Positions 1 through 11,892 are shown, counted from the first letter of the stretch. The stretch is 30,021 bases of DNA from Albugo candida (GCA_040437565.1 JBDOQK010000048.1:248001-278021), one strand, 5' to 3'. Numbers and translations: made by a program. Notes: generated by a model not told the origin, from the sequence alone.

Positions 1-100
1 TCGCATTGTGTGACCAATTTGGCTCCAAAAGCGGAGCGTGATCGCAATGAAATATGCGATTGTGAAAACGGCGTGATGAGTAATCACATTCATGACCCTG
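1..100. mobile_element. Possible right end of a hAT-like DNA transposon
   Basis: Segment ends ...CATGACCCTG at 100 (reverse complement CAGGG, a common hAT terminus) and is rich in short reiterated TCGCA/TGCGA and GTGAT/ATCAC motifs. The partner end would be outside the window. Confidence 0.3.
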
Positions 101-511
101 TCAGTGCTCGCACACTATCAAACCATAAAACGCGACAAAATCGATGCTTGTAGGAGAATGATTACAAAGCGAACAATAATTTAAGATATACGCAAAGGCT
201 TTTGAGAGGTGTTATTTCAGCTTTGTCGCCACGTTAGGAATGCTCAATTACTGACCGCTTTCTTCTTTTCAAAATGTCAGAATTTCACGTTATAACGTTT
301 CTACTTTCGTTAAAGGAACTGAAGAAGCAACTGATAGGGAAAAGGTCTAGATGCTATAACGAATTGGTGTTTCAATCGTCGTCCTTATACAAAGAATAAA
401 ATACATGATCTCTCCTGCTTTTGTTAGCGGCTCGCTCGAGAATATGTCAGACACCAACTACGGCGTTGTTAAGATACAAACATGTTGAACTTGGCTATAG
501 ACAGCTATGAA

Positions 512-726
512 TGTGGGTTGAATTGCGAAATTGCGAGTAAAAAATACTAAACGCGGTATTCAAATGGCCATTAAATGCCAAAGGCAAAAGTGAGCTGAAG
601 TTTAAGACCCTGTAAAGAACTTAAAGAAGTGAAAGCAAAAATCTTCGATGCAGCACTTACGATTTAAAGACGAGACAGACTTTAGTTTTAAAGAAGAGCT
701 AGGAAAGAAATTGTGACGCTGTGATA
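512..726. repeat. Possible decayed solo LTR
   Basis: Starts TGTGGG and ends TGTGACGCTGTGATA, with an A-rich interior. TATGA occurs at 506-510 and 727-731, but is one base off a clean TSD. Confidence 0.2.
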
Positions 727-1957
727 TATGAGTAGAGCATGAACCATCATGTAATGATTTCTACCTTAAGGTCTACAAGGACACCTCGTTAGCGGACTAA
801 TCAAATGTTCTTACTGCGTAGAACAAGTGCAAGATGAGAAAAGCGGTTTATGCGCATGTCCTTGATGTGAGAGACCATCCGGCAACGAGAAGCGGTAGTA
901 GCGCGCGCCTAGCCGCCAGCGGAATATAGGATATCCTCATTTGGCGTTGTCAACCAAGCTGAGATACTTGCCGATGAAGGTCGTCATCTGAGTCAACACG
1001 ATATCCTGCAACCTTCCAGTGCTCTTCTTCCTCATCTGGCCTCTTCACATCATTGGCAGCACAAATTTAAAACACACGTCACCCTCGGTTGCCTTCATGT
1101 CCACGGACATGATAACCGAGCTCATCGTGATGCCGTACAATGCAAAAAGTGTTTTTTTACAGTGATGGCTTGCACATTAGCGAACTGAGTGTCCAGGAAA
1201 ATGCAAATATAATTGATATTTTAGAGGCTTGCTCGTCATTGACTGCGATAAAGTCAAAAGACACCATCGACGTGGCTTCCTCCACGTGGATGGACGTGTT
1301 TATGTAAAGGACACATAATCTCTTCACTCAAGTATGACTCTATGGGCGTTCGTATGGAAAGTTTTTTATGCACTTGTCGTCGGATAAAAGCTGCATTATC
1401 GGGAAGCTGATCACGTGGCTGAGCTTGTCCTTCTTTCTCTTTCCTGGTGCCAACTAATTTCACCATTCCTTACCATTGGCCTCTGAAATTGGAGATTTAC
1501 AAACTTGTTGTACTCGACGAATTTATTTAGATAAACAAGTCGAAGTCAACGTGCTCAATCTTGTTCGTATCTGTATCCTTCATACCCTTAACTCCTACCC
1601 TTCGATGATTGTATCACTGACACTGTAGACAATAAGAGACTTATACAAGCAGGATTTACAGCCAGATAGGTCTTTCATTAGGATCGTATTGACCAGAGCT
1701 CTCCAGCTACATTTTTTGATCTCTCGCAACGGGTGTAAGTCGGATATGCACCTGGTTGTGCAGGACTTTCGGAAGAAATGGGTAATAGTTTGACGCAAAA
1801 CTCAGAAAGGCCCGCTGCCAACAGAAATGCAGAATTTGCAAATCTCGTTAGACTATCTTCAAAATGGATATACTATAAATCACACTTCCTGTGGGACAAC
1901 GCTTTAAACAATAATAGTATGTACGAATCAATCCACACAATACGGTAGCATTCTGTA

Positions 1958-2123
1958 CTAATGATCACTCAATAAAATTCTGGTTCTGGTNNNNNNNNNN
2001 NNNNNNNNNNNNNNNNNNNNNNNNNNNNNNNNNNNNNNNNNNNNNNNNNNNNNNNNNNNNNNNNNNNNNNNNNNNNNNNNNNNNNNNNNNCTAATGATCA
2101 CTCAATAAAATTCTGGTTCTGGT
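1958..2123. other. Gap-flanking exact duplication (33 bp x2 around gap 1991-2090), contig overlap
   Basis: 1958-1990 is identical to 2091-2123. Confidence 0.9.
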
Positions 2124-2605
2124 ATTTCACTCCTAGTATTGCCTACGAATGCATAGTCAGAATTTCAGCATGCGGATTTCTACTTTATGCGCAATATTAC
2201 TCACTGGGTTGATGGCTATGGATTAAATCGCACTAACTACCTACGTACCTGCGAAATCTGGGCTATTCCCTCTCTCAATTACGATGGGTGTAGATCATTC
2301 AGCGTGTCACGAATGCCTGGTTAACTCGTTGGGATGTGCAAAATTATATTTGCTACAAGAGAAAAATAAGTTGCAACTTTACTGGGTTGAGGGGCATTCA
2401 GACATGTTGAGTTCATTTTTGTCCCATTGTTACGCTAAAAAGCGTTGCAATCTACATCTCGGCCAGTCTGCGAGTAACGATATTGTTGCTCCCAAAATGG
2501 CAGTTACTTAGCTGAGTACGCATCTGAGGAGTTACAAAAACACTGAGACGGTTCTTCTCTCGTTGGTAGACTCAATGTCACTCGAAGTCATACCTTTAAG
2601 ACCGT

Positions 2606-3605
2606 TTGAGTCGAGCACAGACTGGAAACACAATTTATCAAAATCGATGCTCAAATATAAAAAGAAAAATTGAAGCTAATAAGAAGATAAAGAGAATTAT
2701 TCTAGAATTGGTACCAGAGGAAGATTTGCAAATGAACATTCAGAAACTGGCAGGCGGCTCATCCATTCGATGCATGATCATCCCTGGTCCACGAAAGATG
2801 CTTTATGCCGAGAATGTTTAGCTATGCGCAGTAAATGGTTCGCTGTTCGAAGCTTTCTATGCTTCAATGAAGCATTGAGCTCGTATTTCCCAGCAATTAC
2901 GAATCATACGATATAGTAAGTAATTGACACAAGAAGTTCTGTTCGAACGTTTTTCAGTTGGGATCCGAGTGACTACCAAATCATGGACTCAATATTTCCA
3001 AGGCATCGCGAATTGTCGGAAGTGCATCAAAAGAAGTATGGGATGAATGAAGAGCATCAAACTTGTAATGAGAACACGATGGATTTGAACAGGATAAGAC
3101 AGGTACTTAATGTAACTGCAATTGAAAGAATGCAAAGAGCTAGCTGTAGTTCTGCACCTCCTCATGCTCCATTATCTTCTCAAACACACTGGAAATGTTG
3201 CGTGCCAGGAAGACCCTTCGCATTGATAATACTCTTTATCTAGCGGCACAATGGGAATGTACTGGATGTATCCGAAGAAATGTGGAAGGTGCTCGGCTAG
3301 TAATAATTTCGTCTTTGCGGAATGCAATGATTTCAACGTCTGATATCAAAACAAGATTGGAATGTTGTATGTGCGGTAATATGATACTGCTAGAACCAGA
3401 AAGGTGTCACCAGTATCGTCATGAGTCTGTCGTGAACATAGAGACATTTTCGATGCCGTCTGGTCATGAGGTGCTTGATGAACGGGTGAACAATTGTATG
3501 GTACTTTACTGCACGTTGGCTCATCGAGCAGACTATCGGATGTGGCAAGCCACATCATGCAATGGACAGAGGCTATTCATAAAAGTGCTCAAAGTACATG
3601 CGTAG
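2606..3605 (+). pseudogene. Probable decayed coding region, Cys-rich, product unknown
   Basis: Successive + strand fragments (2606-2821, 2983-3243, 3195-3605) with CTGC and CCMCG motifs. No family recognised. Confidence 0.25.
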
Positions 3606-4033
3606 CTGAAAGCATCCAACTCGTAAAAAGCGTCATAGGAAAAAGCAATTTTTCATTGATTTCGGTAGTGTCTTTAGATAGCTTTGCTAGTCACTTCACT
3701 ATGGCGTTGAGTTTGCAACTCGCATATCAAATAATCATTCAACCTGATAGATTATTTTATCAATCAATTGTCTTCTTTAAGTTTTTTACGATTACATTTG
3801 ATTTGTTGGGCTTTCATACTTCCGTTTTAGCGAGATCCCGAAGTAATTGAGCACGGTACTTACCGATACTACTGATTATATGAATAGTCCAACCCTAATC
3901 CATCTTATTAGCGCATTCCCTAAAGCTTTTTAGCAGTTCCGAGTGCACCATCCATAAAAAGCGCTTTATCACGGATAAGAGCCCAGCTTCGCGCTAGTGT
4001 AGGAGGCAGAGGAAGCATTCCACAAATGACGCA

Positions 4034-5187
4034 ACTTCCGTCGCGTCCTCCCATGAATCGTTGTTCTTCCACTTGATGACCGTAACCTTTGCAGCTTTGA
4101 CGTCTTGCATCACTGGATCTGATGTCACCACTTTGGCTATACCATTTACAAGTTGTGAAGTGCTTCTCCTGATCTGTGAATAAAATTACAGATTATATAG
4201 TATATTCTCATGGCTCACGTGAACTTTGTCCGCATAACCATACTTTGATCAGCTTTAAGCAAGCCTCATCNNNNNNNNNNNNNNNNNNNNNNNNNNNNNN
4301 NNNNNNNNNNNNNNNNNNNNNNNNNNNNNNNNNNNNNNNNNNNNNNNNNNNNNNNNNNNNNNNNNNNNNNTAGTTGTTGTTAGAAAGCGAGACTTCATTG
4401 TCAGGAATTAAAAGTCTATCTCAGTCTGTAACCTTGCTCTTCCATCATCTGATGAAGTAAATCAACGCAGTCTCTTAGAGAGTAATCCCATCAGTTCTGC
4501 CACCTTGCCAGACAGTGTCGCTGTTGCCGATATTTTGTACTTGGACAAATTTACATATCATGCAATAGCAAAGGCGTTTTGGATCTTAGACCCGCCTTAA
4601 TGGTAATCCACACATAGAACACTCACTCCAGAAGAGTGCGTATAATATTATTTGAAGCTGCTAAAGTGTTGCTCGGTACATAATTCACCTTTGCTCGATT
4701 CCATCAATGTCTGATCAGCTTGCTCGAATTCAAGTGAAAGATTAGTCTGCTGTGTACCGTTGCTGAACGTCTGATCTCGCTTGATTCTGCTACTCGTTGC
4801 TGATATACTACCCATGTGTTTATAGCTAAATACGACAATAGTGCACCATACATGTCTGCAGTAGTAAGTGGCAAGCGCGATTTGTCGAATTCCGTCCAGG
4901 ACATTCTTTGTTGCAAGCCACTATTGAAACTTGCTCGAGGGTAGTCTTGTGGCTCCACAAAATCAAGATATCATCGATTTGCCTCGTTGAGTGCCAAAGG
5001 CATTGATCTCTGGCAGATCTTCTACATGGATTGCGCGTGCGTGCTTCAGCAGGCACATTTGACACTTACAAACACTGAGTTCTACACACTGATGTGCTCT
5101 CTGAACGTAGGTGGTAAGAACGGGTGGCTGCTTTCGGATGAGCTTTGGGATGCAAAATGATTTATAAAAAATATAACATAGATTCAA
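4034..5187 (-). pseudogene. Disrupted unknown gene, copy A (His/Cys cluster, chromodomain-like C-terminal part)
   Basis: Colinear inverted homology to 28244-29241, including a perfect 24-bp match (4415-4438 vs 28513-28536). Fragments: HQCVELSVCKCQMCLLKHARAI, FCGATR, WTEFDKSRLP, KVTVIKWKNNDSWEDATEV. Contains stops and frameshifts. Confidence 0.7.
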
Positions 5188-5992
5188 GAATATTTCTCGG
5201 GCGAATTAGTTTGGGTTGGTGCAGTAGCTATACAATTTGTGGAACTCAAAGAAAGGGAGTTTCGAATCCAGTGCAGTCTTGACTCTTAAGGAAACGAAGA
5301 ACCGGGATGACGATTTATGAAATCGTTTGATCTTATCAACTATCGAGAATCAACGAACGGTCGGGCGAAAGTTCCAAAACTGGTAAGATTGTCATGGAAT
5401 CTGTTCCCCGTTCTTTGAATACTTTTCATGCTAATGACGCGTTCTACGTTCATAGAAAATACCGGAGCTGGACTAAGGAATCATCTAAACGGGGAAATGA
5501 GTCATTCTACATCTTTGTAACCATCTTTATGGAGAAAAATCCATCATCATCCCTCAATGAATATTAGCCATATTCATGCATGGCTTTGTACTCTTGGGGT
5601 GCTTTAACTTTGAAAGTAAGCTCCAAGGCATCTTATAAACTATCGGTACATTGTGAGCTACATTTTGAAGCACTTGTCATCAATGATGAGTTCTCAGATT
5701 CACGGGAAACAGTTTCGACACGTCGTTCCATAATTAATTACACGGAGATGACTACGCAATCAAAAGATGAAACATTCAACTACCAGATTGCCTTAGTGTT
5801 AATCTATTTCATATATGCAATCGGAGGTAGGTCCAATACATTCTGTATTCAACATGCAGAGCATGAACTCCTACGATGTATCAAATTATAATCACGTAAT
5901 CCTTAAAATTACACTAACAAAACGGATATGTTTCCGCGCGTCTCTAGAACGAATTACCTCGATTGGTTTCCACGAAGATATCAGTCGGCTGC

Positions 5993-6160
5993 TGTTAATT
6001 CAGGGCAACTGCTAACATGAAAGGATGGACTGATGCGTGAAAGACGCGACCATTGCAAGTTGTTCGAAGAAACCGACGCAGAGGAGATTGAAGGTAACGG
6101 ATAGCAATAACTGGGATCAAGTTCTCAATTTTCCATCTAACTCTCAGCCCGTGTTGAACA
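5993..6160 (+). repeat. 5' LTR of copia element (168 bp)
   Basis: TGTTAATTCAGGGCA...GTGTTGAACA. Aligns by eye to 11211-11397 with 13 substitutions and 3 indels (1, 1 and 17 bp). Confidence 0.95.
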
Positions 6161-6173
6161 TGCTATGAGCCCA
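6161..6173 (+). promoter_or_regulatory. Primer-binding site, half-tRNA(iMet) type
   Basis: TGCTATGAGCCCA immediately after the 5' LTR. It is a variant of GGTTATG(A/G)GCCCA, complementary to the initiator tRNA-Met anticodon arm as in Drosophila copia. Confidence 0.8.
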
Positions 6174-9100
6174 AAACGCACTGATTTCACCTCCGCTCAG
6201 TTCACCCCGGCACGTGACGTCACCGAGACGAACGTGAACCCACTGAACGTGGTTGCATACCCGTCCGAGATGCGAGAGGAGACGCTATCGGTCTCGGGTA
6301 CCTCCGAGGCCTGAGATAGCGCGTGTCAAGCTTCTGACGTTAGCTCTGAGCGCATGGAACGACTTGGAGAACTCCTCGAGAGGATGGCGGAGCAGCAAGC
6401 CTAGTTCAAGGCAAATCTTCTTAAGATGCAAGTTCAGCTGAGCCGCCGGGCTGAAGCTAAGCCCGCGCCACCCTCCAAGCACTCGTTCAACGGCTCGAGT
6501 GCGTTCACGGACTTCATCCGAGCGCGTGAAGTCGCATGCGAAGAGGATAACTTGATGAGTCAATGCCAACCGTCGCGCATGCCGCCAACTAACCCTCCGC
6601 CGCAACAAAGGGAGCAGAAAGCCTCAGAACAGCATTTCGTGCCACCGGAAAGCCATGGACTAAAAGTAACGAAGCCTCGAGACCTGGACTGGCTCGGTTT
6701 CGCTACGTTTTCAGAAAAAGAGACTTAATTGGGTGTAGTTGCCGACTTCAAGGCGTGGGGAATGCGTTTTCTACAGCGACTTGGCCCGGCGCAACCAATG
6801 AGTGGAAGCGAACGGCCGGAATTTCAAGATTCTTGCGCTAAGTAAGCTGAAAGGCTCGGCTCTGAGTTTCTGTGAAAAGATGGTGCCCGTATGGACGGCG
6901 GTATCAAACACTCTGGAACACGTCATGGACAGCATGTTGATGCTATACATGACACCGATCCCATCGCCAAAGGGATCGAATGATGACGATCGAGAAGGAT
7001 CGCAGCAGGACATGGTCCGAGAACTATCAGTTTTTGGCGTACGTGGCAGAGCGGTCGGGTAACTCGGAACAGAGTGTGCTGGAATGTTTTTGCAAGTCAG
7101 CTCCCGCGCACATTCATACGCAATGTCGACTAGGCTAAACTCCCAGAGAGCTGACTCTCTCGTGCAAGCCGCCGAATTGGTTGCATTCGCGACTGACTTC
7201 GACATCAGCACTAGCAAGCAAAGAAACGGAGATGTTCATGCTGAACGCTGAGGTAATGGACAAGGCGGTCGGCATACCAGCGATGCGCGAATGAACCGAG
7301 GTGGGCGTAGAGGAGCCTACGTCGTAAGAGTTGGGACCTCCAACACACGAAAATATTATGGCTGCGGGCACATCAAAGCTAATTGCCCCGAGAAAAAGAG
7401 TGGTGCTGGCTCGGCATCTACAATAGTCGCATTGGCCGTTTGTACCGGTCCTTGTGCTGACTCTACTTCAAGGATTCTAGATAGCGGGTCAAGCGTGCAC
7501 CTCGTAAAGGATTCGAGGATGCTGAAGAACGCAGTGGAATGTGATCATACGTGTCGCGCGACGAATAACACTATGCTCCGAGTGACTAAGGCTGGATCAG
7601 AACAGTGATAGATGGACAAGAGGTCATTGTCGACCTACCTGAAGTTCATTATGCAGAAAACCTAGCTGACAACGTCATCAGATATGGTGTATTGGAAGCG
7701 CGCGGGGTTTATCTCGAAAGACACGACAATCACAGGTACGTGGTGCGTCAGGCGGACAAGATAAGACTTTTGAGGTCTTCCGCCGCAACAACGTTCTAAC
7801 ACTTGACGTAAAGTGCGAATTAACAAAAAATTAAGGAGCTCGAGGGGTCAGTTCGGACTTGCAACAAGTTTACGAAAAGCTTGATGAAGCCGTAACGGAG
7901 ACAAAAATTCTGGAACTACACCAGGGACCCGGCCATATGTCGTACGACACTGCTGTACACATGGCCGACTCTGCGGAACGGATTGATCTCGGCCTAATTA
8001 TCTTATTTGCGCACAGGGCAAGCAAAGTAAGAACAGCCAGTCCAAGAAGTATACGGGCAGAAACGCATCGATTGACAAACCTGGAGGGGTTATCGGTAGT
8101 GATATCAAGGGACCGATGACACCGAAGGACAGGCATGGGAACAGATCCCTGAACAATTTCGTTGACTACTCGACCAACTACGAACGCGTTTTTGTCGCGA
8201 AGAACAAGGTTAAGGCGACCAAGAATTTCGAACACTTTCTATTCTACTTTGAGAAGAGATTTAATTGTCGCGTCCATGTGTTGCGCACAAAAGGCGGTAA
8301 AGAGTAAGCCAACATGGACCCGTTTTGAAATTTAGCTGGGATGAGCAGCAAGTTAGCGAAGCCGAAAACCAAGCCTCAGACGGGAAAGCTGAAAGAATGC
8401 ATAGGACAATACTCAACATGGCGAGGTGCATGTTGTTCTCGAGTGGTCGACCGCTGTACTTTGGGGCGATGCCGTTGAGTACGCGGCGTATGTTTTAACG
8501 CATTTCGCCGATCGAGATGTCGACGGGTACGGTACCGAACTTGGCGGATTTGGTGACGTTCGGCAGTACTTGCTCGGTGTTCAGAAACCGCGGCAAAAAA
8601 GCGTGGAAGCCAAGATCACAGGTCGGAATGATACTCGGCAAAAAAGATGAAACTATGGGTGTCAGGGTTTACCAGCCAAAGGAGAGAATTGTTATCACAA
8701 CGCAGCACGTTCGAACGTTGAGACGCTTAACAGTGATCAGAATGCGCAATTACAGGCGCAGATGGAGCTTGTAGACCCCAATCTGCGACGCGCTGTACAA
8801 GATCAGGACGAGGTAGCACAGCGGAAGAGCCGGAGACAGATCCACCACAACGAGAAAAGATCACAGAAAAGTCTCAGCAGATCTCAGCTAAGTCAAAGAT
8901 CAGCTCAGCTGAGACGAAAAGGAGATCAATGGTGCATGAAAACACAGCCAAGACAATTGATTCTGACAGCGATGTTGAACTACTGCCGGCCGAGAACGAG
9001 ACGCTTCATCACATGCGAACGCGCAACCTGGGCTTCAAGCACATACCCGTAAATCGGTTGAGTGCATTATTGCTCAAGGACCCAAAAAGTTATCGCNNNN

Positions 9101-11189
9101 NNNNNNNNNNNNNNNNNNNNNNNNNNNNNNNNNNNNNNNNNNNNNNNNNNNNNNNNNNNNNNNNNNNNNNNNNNNNNNNNNNNNNNNNNNNNNNNNATCA
9201 CAACGCAGCACGTTCGAACGTTGAGACGCTTAACAGTGATCAGAATGCGCAATTACAGGCGCAGATGGAGCTTGTAGACCCCAATCTGCGACGCGCTGTA
9301 CAAGATCAGGACGAGGTAGCACAGCGGAAGAGCCGGAGACAGATCCACCACAACGAGAAAAGATCACAGAAAAGTCTCAGCAGATCTCAGCTAAGTCAAA
9401 GATCAGCTCAGCTGAGACGAAAAGGAGATCAATGGTGCATGAAAACACAGCCAAGACAATTGATTCTGACAGCGATGTTGAACTACTGCCGGCCGAGAAC
9501 GAGACGCTTCATCACATGCGAACGCGCAACCTGGGCTTCAAGCACATACCCGTAAATCGGTTGAGTGCATTATTGCTCAAGGACCCAAAAAGTTATCGCG
9601 ATGCGATAAAAGACCCCCGGGTGGACCAGTTGGAAGAGGCAATGCGAACGGAGATAGAGGCACAAGACAGATAGAGCACAATGACACTTGGGAAGTGGTC
9701 AAGAAGCCCTGTGACGCCAAGTTACTTTATAGTAAGTGGGTGTATAAGCTTAAGATGCACGCCGATGGTACTATTGAGAGATACAAAGCGAGGCTAGTCA
9801 CACGCGGTGATGAAAAAGTGTATGGCGTCGATTATACATACACGTCCTCGTCAGTGATGGAGATGGCATCCGTCAAGGTGACTTTCGCGGTGACAAGAAT
9901 CTGAGGCGTGCCTGCACGTCATAGCGATGTGCCAAGTGCTTACGTTAAAGCTGACAAGGAAGAAGATTTGGGAATATCACTTCACATTCCGCAGGAAATG
10001 GACATTGACGACGAAGTAATGAAATAGCTCGGCGTGAAGGATAAGAGACAGCTCGCTCTGAGACTCAAGAGAGGCTTGTACGGCCTGAAACCATCAGGCA
10101 GGCTATGGAACCTGATGCTCCACGACATATTGAAGTCACTCGGTTTCATCCAGAGCTACACGGACAGCTACTTTTACATCAAAGAGAATGTCAAGGGAAA
10201 GAATTCGGGGGTATATACGTGGATCAAGTACTAGCTACGGGTACCAGTGTACAGAAGGTCGACGAGTTTTTTGATGACATGAAGGTTGTTGAGCTAAAGA
10301 ATCTCGGCGTTGTTACCAAGTTTCTTGGCATCGTATTTGACTATAACGTCGAAACCGGCTGGGTATTAGATCAGGAATGTGTCATCGAAGAAATGCTCGA
10401 GAAGTTCGGGTTATCCAAGTCGGTATCAGTGAGAGTGCTGATCGGTGGAGACGCTGGAGAAGACGTGGATGCAGGCAGCTCACTTCTACCGTCGGGATGT
10501 AGCGGAACAACACAGAAACCGACTGTGCAGTTGTTCCAGTCGATGTGGGCAGTCTCCTATAGATCGCCCGGTGCACACGTCCCAATACAGCGTTCGCAGT
10601 AAACTGAGCGACCCGACGTTCGCATGCGCCGAGTGAAGGTGATTGGCACTTGTTTAAGAAGATAGCCAAGAACCTGAAGGGTACCAAGCATTTCAGGTTC
10701 ATGATGCACGGTGACCCATCTGCGATGAAAGTAGAAGGCGTGCTAGACGAAGCTTTTAGTGACGCAAATTATGCAGCTGACAAGACTAACCGAAAATCGG
10801 TGAGCGGTGGCGTGTTGATGGTGGGCGGCATGATTCTTGGCTGGCTATCCAAGAAACAGAAAATCGTGGCTCTATTTACAATGGAGGCTGAGCTTGTGGC
10901 GGATTCACAAACTGCCGCTGAGATGGTCGGCATAATGAAGCTACTTAAAGAATCGGCGTGCTGATTAAAACGGGGTAAATAATTCACGTCGACAATCAAG
11001 CAGCGATAGGACACGTCTGGTCAAGCCAAGCATATTGACGTGCGGTACAAGTTTGTTAAGGATCTCGAGAAGAAGAAGGTAATCAAGATACAGTACTGCG
11101 AGTACAAGAGTATGGATGACATCCTGAACAAGGTCCTACCAGCGCAACGACTCAGCGAACTAGGCGGACTTGTGATGCTTAGTGGGTAA
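6165..11189 (+). pseudogene. gag-pol: Disrupted copia gag-pol polyprotein (gag with zinc knuckle, aspartic protease, integrase, reverse transcriptase, RNase H)
   Basis: Motifs found across frames: gag ADFKAWGMRFLQRL; zinc knuckle YGCGHIKANCP (~7355); protease ILDSGSSVHL (~7475); integrase HQGPGH, SDIKGP, FVDYSTNY, LRTKGGKE, GKAERMHRTILNMAR, LWGDAVEYA; SH3-like FGSTCSVF; RT SKWVYKLK, RYKARLVTRG, LYGLKPSGRLWN, IYVDQ (YVDD mutated); RNase H FSDANYA, RKSVSG, TMEAE, VDNQAAI, KHIDVRYKFVKD. Many stops and frameshifts. Confidence 0.95.
8694..9599. other. Gap-flanking exact duplication (403 bp x2 around gap 9097-9196), probable assembly artefact
   Basis: 8694-9096 reads identical to 9197-9599. Removing one copy restores a continuous copia IN-RT linker. 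Confidence 0.9.
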
Positions 11190-11201
11190 GGATTCCCACC
11201 C

Positions 11202-11210
11202 GGGAAGGAG
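11202..11210 (+). promoter_or_regulatory. Polypurine tract of copia element
   Basis: GGGAAGGAG directly abutting the TG of the 3' LTR. Confidence 0.85.
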
Positions 11211-11397
11211 TGTTAAATCAGGGCAGACTGCTGACATGAAAGGATGCGACTGATGCGTGAAAGACGCGACCATTGGGAGTGGTTCGAAGAAGCCGACGCA
11301 GAGGAGATTGAAGGTAACGGATAGCGATAACTAGGATCACACTTTCAAATACACTAAGTTCTTAATTTTCCATCTGACTCTCAGCGCGTGTTAAGCA
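11211..11397 (+). repeat. 3' LTR of copia element (187 bp)
   Basis: TGTTAAATCAGGGCAG...GTGTTAAGCA. Directly follows the polypurine tract and is a direct repeat of 5993-6160. Confidence 0.95.
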
Positions 11398-11469
11398 GCT
11401 GTTCGCAAGGACGACTTCAGATTGGACCGAAGAAGTATTTAATTGCTCGACTACCCTAGGAACTTCATT

Positions 11470-11892
11470 GGAACAAACTCGCAATCAGGCACTCACAATA
11501 GCGTTGCTGTACAATGAGATATCAGCATATGATCCGACATCCAAGTAGACTAATTTGAGCGAAGTTCTCGCATCCGATCGGAATATCGTGGACTTGTGGA
11601 AAGTCAAAACTAATCTCAACCCATCTGACATTATGAAAAAACCTCTCACCAGTGTAAGACTCGAAAGATCATATTAAATGATCGGCAGGACGAAACTACA
11701 GCTTTCCAAAGTTACTCACTAGCTTTGGAGGAGGGCGTGTTGGAAATCGGATTTTTTAAATACAGCGACGGTAAGTTGAAGATCTGCACTGGTGGAAGAT
11801 CAACACGTCGTGAACACTCGTAGATAGTGAAAGATCACATAGAAACCTACCTTACTTACTAAGAGAATTCCCAATATACCCGTTAAACAACA
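11470..11892 (+). mobile_element. 3' remnant of a second, different copia element (RNase H C-terminus, PPT, LTR)
   Basis: 11582 onward translates IVDLWKVKTNLNPSDIMKKPLTSVRLE (copia N.ADI.TK.L motif). It is followed by the purine tract GGAGGAGGGCG (11727-11737) and a TGTTG...CAACA-bounded segment at 11738-11892 unrelated to the first element's LTRs. Confidence 0.75.

Larger units (their letters stand above)
5993..11397 (+). mobile_element. Full-length degenerate Ty1/copia LTR retrotransposon
   Basis: Paired LTRs (5993-6160, 11211-11397), both TG...CA. Flanks are GCTGC (5988-5992) and GCTGT (11398-11402), a 5-bp TSD with 1 mismatch. PBS and PPT are present. Internal order gag-protease-integrase-RT-RNase H is copia-type. 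Confidence 0.97.

Noticed and set aside
850-1160. Minus-strand frame (TLFALYGITMSSVIMSVDMKATEGDV) faintly like a Crinkler N-terminus
   Set aside because: No LxLFLAK or HVLV motif; similarity too weak.
8694-9599. Apparent tandem duplication inside copia pol, with duplicated ORFs
   Set aside because: The copies are identical inside an element whose LTRs are ~8% diverged, and they end exactly at a 100-N gap, so this is an unmerged contig overlap.
6253-11014. Antisense and off-frame ORFs inside the copia element
   Set aside because: Shadow frames of the GC-richer gag-pol, with no independent coding evidence.
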